64,000 bases of DNA from Burkholderiaceae bacterium (GTDB lineage: Bacteria > Pseudomonadota > Gammaproteobacteria > Burkholderiales > Burkholderiaceae_E): the NCBI GenBank assembly GCA_039807785.1, contig JBDHRX010000001.1, positions 51,331 through 115,330 on the forward strand, read 5' to 3'. Below the pieces are notes generated by a model that was not told the origin of the DNA, did not search any database, and was given only the letters and a program-made list of their open reading frames with translations. The position numbers were made by a program, and so were the translations under genes. This document shows positions 60,650-64,000 of the stretch, in pieces. The stretch's first letter is position 1, and each line of letters begins with the position of its first letter.

Positions 60650-62347
60650 TCAGGCGGTCTTCTTCGTCGCCTCGTCGCGCAGCTCGCGGCGCAGGATCTT
60701 GCCGACGTTGGTCTTGGGCAGATCGACGCGGAACTCGATGTACTTGGGTTTCTTGTAGCCGGTGAGGTTCTCGGCGCAGTACTGCATCAGGTCGCGCTCG
60801 GTGAGGCTGTCGTCCTTCTTGACGACGAACAGCTTCACCGCCTCGCCCGAGTTGGCGTCCGGCACGCCGACCGCGGCCACCTCGAGCACGCCCGGATGGC
60901 TGGCGACGACGCCCTCGATCTCGTTCGGGTACACGTTGAAGCCCGAGACCAGGATCATGTCCTTCTTGCGATCGACGATCCGCGTATAGCCGCGCTCGTC
61001 CATGATGCCGATGTCGCCGGTCTTGAAGAAGCCGTCGGGCGTCATGACCTTGGCCGTCTCGTCGACGTGCCCCCAATAGCCGACCATCACCTGCGGACCG
61101 CGGATCGCGATCTCGCCGCGCTCCCCGAGCGGCACCGGCACCCCGGCGTCGTCCAGGATCGTGACCTCGGTCGACGGGAAGGGCAGCCCGATGGTGCCGC
61201 TGAACGCATCGGTATCGGTCGGGTTGCCGGTCGCCGCCGGCGAGGTCTCGGACAGCCCGTAGGCCTCGCAGATCGGGCATCCGGTGACCGCAAGCCATTT
61301 CCGGGCGACGGCCTCCTGGACCGCCATGCCGCCCCCCAGCGAAACGCGCAGCTGCGAGAAATCGAGCTTGGCGAACTCGGCGTTGTTCGCCAGCGCGTTG
61401 AACAGCGTGTTGACCGCGGGGAACAGGTTGAACCGGAACGGGCGGATCTCCTTGATCAGCGCCGGCAGGTCGCGCGGATTGGGGATCAGGACGTTCAGTC
61501 CGCCGAGCCGCATGCCGAGCAGGCAGCACGCGGTGAGCGCGAAGATGTGATAGAGCGGCAGCGCGCAGACCCAGGTGAGTTGCTCGGGCGGCGCTCCCTT
61601 CTTCGGGTTCGTGAGGGCCGGCTGGATCCAGGCCTCGGACTGGAGGACGTTGGCCACGATGTTGCGATGGACCAGCGTCGCGCCCTTGGCGAGGCCGGTG
61701 GTGCCGCCGGTGTACTGCAGGAACGCGACGTCCTCGTGCGCGAGGCTCACCGGCTCGAAGCTCAGCCGGGCGCCTTCGGCCAGCACGGCGTTGAAGCGGG
61801 TGGCCTTGGGCAGCTCGAAGGCCGGCACCATCTTCTTCACGTGCCGCACGACGAAGTTCACCAGCGCGCCCTTCGCGAAGCCGAGCAGGTCGCCCATCGA
61901 GGCGATCACCACGTGCTCGATCTCCGTGCGCGCCAGCACCTGCTGCAGCGTGGCCGCGAAATTCTCGAGGATGACGATCGCCCGCGCGCCCGAGTCCTTC
62001 AGCTGGTGCTCGAGCTCGCGCGGCGTGTACAGCGGGTTGACGTTCACGACGACGTAACCGGCGCGCAGGATCGCGGCGAGCGCCACCGGATACTGCAGCA
62101 CGTTCGGCATCATCACCGCGACCCGGTCGCCCTTCTGCAGGCCGCGCGATTGCAGCCAGGCGGCCACGCAACGCGAGAGCTCGTCGAGCTCGCCGTAGCT
62201 CAGCGCCTTGCCGAGCCCGACGAAGGCCTTGCGGTCGCGGAACTTGGCGAACGCCTCGTCGAAGATCTGCACCACCGACTCGTAGCGCCGGTGGTCGATG
62301 TCGTGCGGAACGCCCGCGGGGTAGCTCTTGAGCCAGAAACGATCCAT
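60650..62347 (-). CDS. fadD: Long-chain-fatty-acid--CoA ligase
   Basis: LQYTGGTTGLAKG, AYGLSETSP, DRKKDMILVSGFNVYPNEIE. Confidence 0.9.
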   Translation of the reverse strand: MDRFWLKSYPAGVPHDIDHRRYESVVQIFDEAFAKFRDRKAFVGLGKALSYGELDELSRCVAAWLQSRGLQKGDRVAVMMPNVLQYPVALAAILRAGYVVVNVNPLYTPRELEHQLKDSGARAIVILENFAATLQQVLARTEIEHVVIASMGDLLGFAKGALVNFVVRHVKKMVPAFELPKATRFNAVLAEGARLSFEPVSLAHEDVAFLQYTGGTTGLAKGATLVHRNIVANVLQSEAWIQPALTNPKKGAPPEQLTWVCALPLYHIFALTACCLLGMRLGGLNVLIPNPRDLPALIKEIRPFRFNLFPAVNTLFNALANNAEFAKLDFSQLRVSLGGGMAVQEAVARKWLAVTGCPICEAYGLSETSPAATGNPTDTDAFSGTIGLPFPSTEVTILDDAGVPVPLGERGEIAIRGPQVMVGYWGHVDETAKVMTPDGFFKTGDIGIMDERGYTRIVDRKKDMILVSGFNVYPNEIEGVVASHPGVLEVAAVGVPDANSGEAVKLFVVKKDDSLTERDLMQYCAENLTGYKKPKYIEFRVDLPKTNVGKILRRELRDEATKKTA

Positions 62348-62424
62348 GCGCGACTCTCTTCGATGAGGGAACCGGGACGGAACCGGAACCCGATCCGGCT
62401 CCGGCGACCCGAGAGATTATGCCT

Positions 62425-63543
62425 TCAGCGAACGCCTTCGGGCCTGAGCAGAGTCAACGTCGGCGCGGGCGGCGCCAGCGCCCGGTCCCGTTCCGGCCTG
62501 GGCAGGGCGCCGAGCCGCCGCGCCGCCTCGTAGAAAGCCGGGAGGTCGCCCCGGTGGCGATCGAGCAGGGCGAGGAACGCGGGGACCTGCGCGGAATAGG
62601 TCGCGACCGAGGCCAGGTGCGCGTTGGTGAGCGGCTGCGCGAACCAGCGGTCGTAGCCCGCGTAGCCGTCCCATTGCCCTTTCAGGACGTCGTAGTCCCG
62701 GCGCAGCGCGTCGAGGATCCGGCGCTTGGCGACGCGCTTGTCCGCCTCGGAGTCGGTCGATGCATAGGCCGCTTCGAGCGCGGCCCGGTGCCGCATCAGC
62801 AGCGCCAGGAACTGCTCGCGCCGGTCGGCGTGCAGCCGCCAGGCGCGACGCGGCGCCGGACCGGCGCCGGCAGCCTCGCGCGCCGCGAACCAGCGCTCGA
62901 TGCCGACCCGCTCGACCGCGGTGGCGAACGACTCGTTGAAGCCGGTATCGTCCTTCACGTAGAGCACCTGGTGCGCCAGCTCGTGGAACACCAGCCGCGC
63001 CAGCTCGCCGTCGGAATGGCGCACGAAGGTGCTGAGCACCGGATCGTCGAACCAGCCCAGCGTCGAGTACGCGGGCACGCCACGCACGAACGCCTCGTAG
63101 CCCTGCGCGCGCAACCCCGCGGCGAACCGTTCGGCCTGCTCCCGGTCGTAGTAGCCGCGGTAGCCGACACAGCCGGCCACCGGGAAGCACCATTCCTTCA
63201 GCGCCAGCGACAGCTCCGGCGTCGCGAACACGTTCCATACGACGAAGGCACGCCCGAGGTCGGCGTACGCGGTGTAGCTGCCGTTGGCCGGGAGCGCGAG
63301 CGCGGCGGAGGCGAACGCGCGGATCGCACGCACCTGCTCGAGCCGGTCGCGCAGCACCGGATCCAGCCCGGGATCGGCGAGCACCTCGGTGATCGGCCGC
63401 GCCGCGCGCATCACCGCGAGATGCCCCGCGATCGATTGCCAGTAGTAACCCGGGCCGTCGCGCCAGAACGAGCAGCCGCCGAGCAGGAGCACCAGCAGGA
63501 GGGCCGACGCCGCGAGCGCCGGGCGCGACCGCCGCGGCGTCAC
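62425..63543 (-). CDS. Putative lipoprotein zinc aminopeptidase
   Basis: Lipobox LGGC, WCFPVAGCVGYRGY, AYSTLGWFDDP, HELAH..FNESFA. Confidence 0.8.
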   Translation of the reverse strand: MTPRRSRPALAASALLLVLLLGGCSFWRDGPGYYWQSIAGHLAVMRAARPITEVLADPGLDPVLRDRLEQVRAIRAFASAALALPANGSYTAYADLGRAFVVWNVFATPELSLALKEWCFPVAGCVGYRGYYDREQAERFAAGLRAQGYEAFVRGVPAYSTLGWFDDPVLSTFVRHSDGELARLVFHELAHQVLYVKDDTGFNESFATAVERVGIERWFAAREAAGAGPAPRRAWRLHADRREQFLALLMRHRAALEAAYASTDSEADKRVAKRRILDALRRDYDVLKGQWDGYAGYDRWFAQPLTNAHLASVATYSAQVPAFLALLDRHRGDLPAFYEAARRLGALPRPERDRALAPPAPTLTLLRPEGVR

Positions 63544-64000
63544 TGCGGCGGCCCCGCATCGCCCGGCCCGGCCCGCGCCGACGTGCACCGCATCTCGACC
63601 AGGCAGTCGTAGAAGGTCGGTCCGCGCCCGAGGTCGGTGAGCGCGGGGCTGGTCACCGCATTGACGTTGCGCCCGCCCGGCGCGAACCGGTGCCACCAGA
63701 CGCCCCAGGCGACCACCAGGCCCGGGCGCACCCGGTCCGACAGTCGCGCGCGCGCCCGGAACGCGCCCCGGTCGTTGAAGAGCTCGACCATCGTCCCGTC
63801 GGCGATGCCGCGCGCCCGGGCATCCTCGGGATGGACCTCGCAGCCCGGTTCGCGTTCGTCCGCGCGCAGGCTGTCGACGTTCACGAAGGTCGAGTTCAGG
63901 AAGTTGCGCGCCGGCGGCGTGATCAGCGCGAGCGGATAGCGGCGCGCGAGAGCCGGCGCGCTGGCGGCCGATTCGTGCGGCGGCACCCAGTCGGGCAGCG
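63540..64000 (-). CDS. Molybdopterin oxidoreductase, C-terminal dinucleotide-binding domain (5' end outside the window)
   Basis: LITPPARNFLNSTF, HPEDARARGI, VNAVTS..TDLG..PTFYD. Confidence 0.82.
   Translation of the reverse strand, partial: LPDWVPPHESAASAPALARRYPLALITPPARNFLNSTFVNVDSLRADEREPGCEVHPEDARARGIADGTMVELFNDRGAFRARARLSDRVRPGLVVAWGVWWHRFAPGGRNVNAVTSPALTDLGRGPTFYDCLVEMRCTSARAGPGDAGPPQ

Overview
High-GC betaproteobacterial chromosome segment (Burkholderiales-like; taxonomy inferred from gene order and protein similarity). It is mostly core genome. In order: the edge of a surface-polysaccharide locus (WbqC-like, rfbB, wecB, ugd, epimerase), fpr-TetR, ogt, apaH, the yqgE-ruvX-pyrR-pyrB-pyrC' operon, a complete Pil-Chp chemosensory operon (pilGHIJ-chpA) with rubredoxin, thiE, pilA followed by a membrane sulfatase/phosphotransferase-like gene, an FHA-CHASE2 adenylate cyclase-phosphodiesterase module, TerC, sucCD, recA-recX, pncC-pgpA-thiL-nusB-rib genes, a TPP enzyme, nrdR-glyA (ZTP riboswitch), dtd-tyrS, M23 peptidase-anmK, erpA, bactofilin, argC, rplM-rpsI, a CU-rich sRNA, OsmC, coq7, porin, MarR-aminobenzoate-CoA ligase-EthD, fadD, an aminopeptidase and a partial molybdopterin oxidoreductase. 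I saw no rRNA, tRNA, CRISPR array, IS or prophage. The most notable observations are: (i) a 94-bp inverted copy (68-bp perfect core) of an internal part of the TPP-enzyme gene lying in that gene's own promoter region; (ii) a candidate pilin-modifying transferase directly downstream of pilA; (iii) an sRNA promoter with PhaR-like boxes and an IHF site; (iv) a cAMP module next to pilA/Pil-Chp; (v) a probable CTG-initiated recX; (vi) many apparently leaderless genes. All product calls come from motif recognition by eye; no searches were run.
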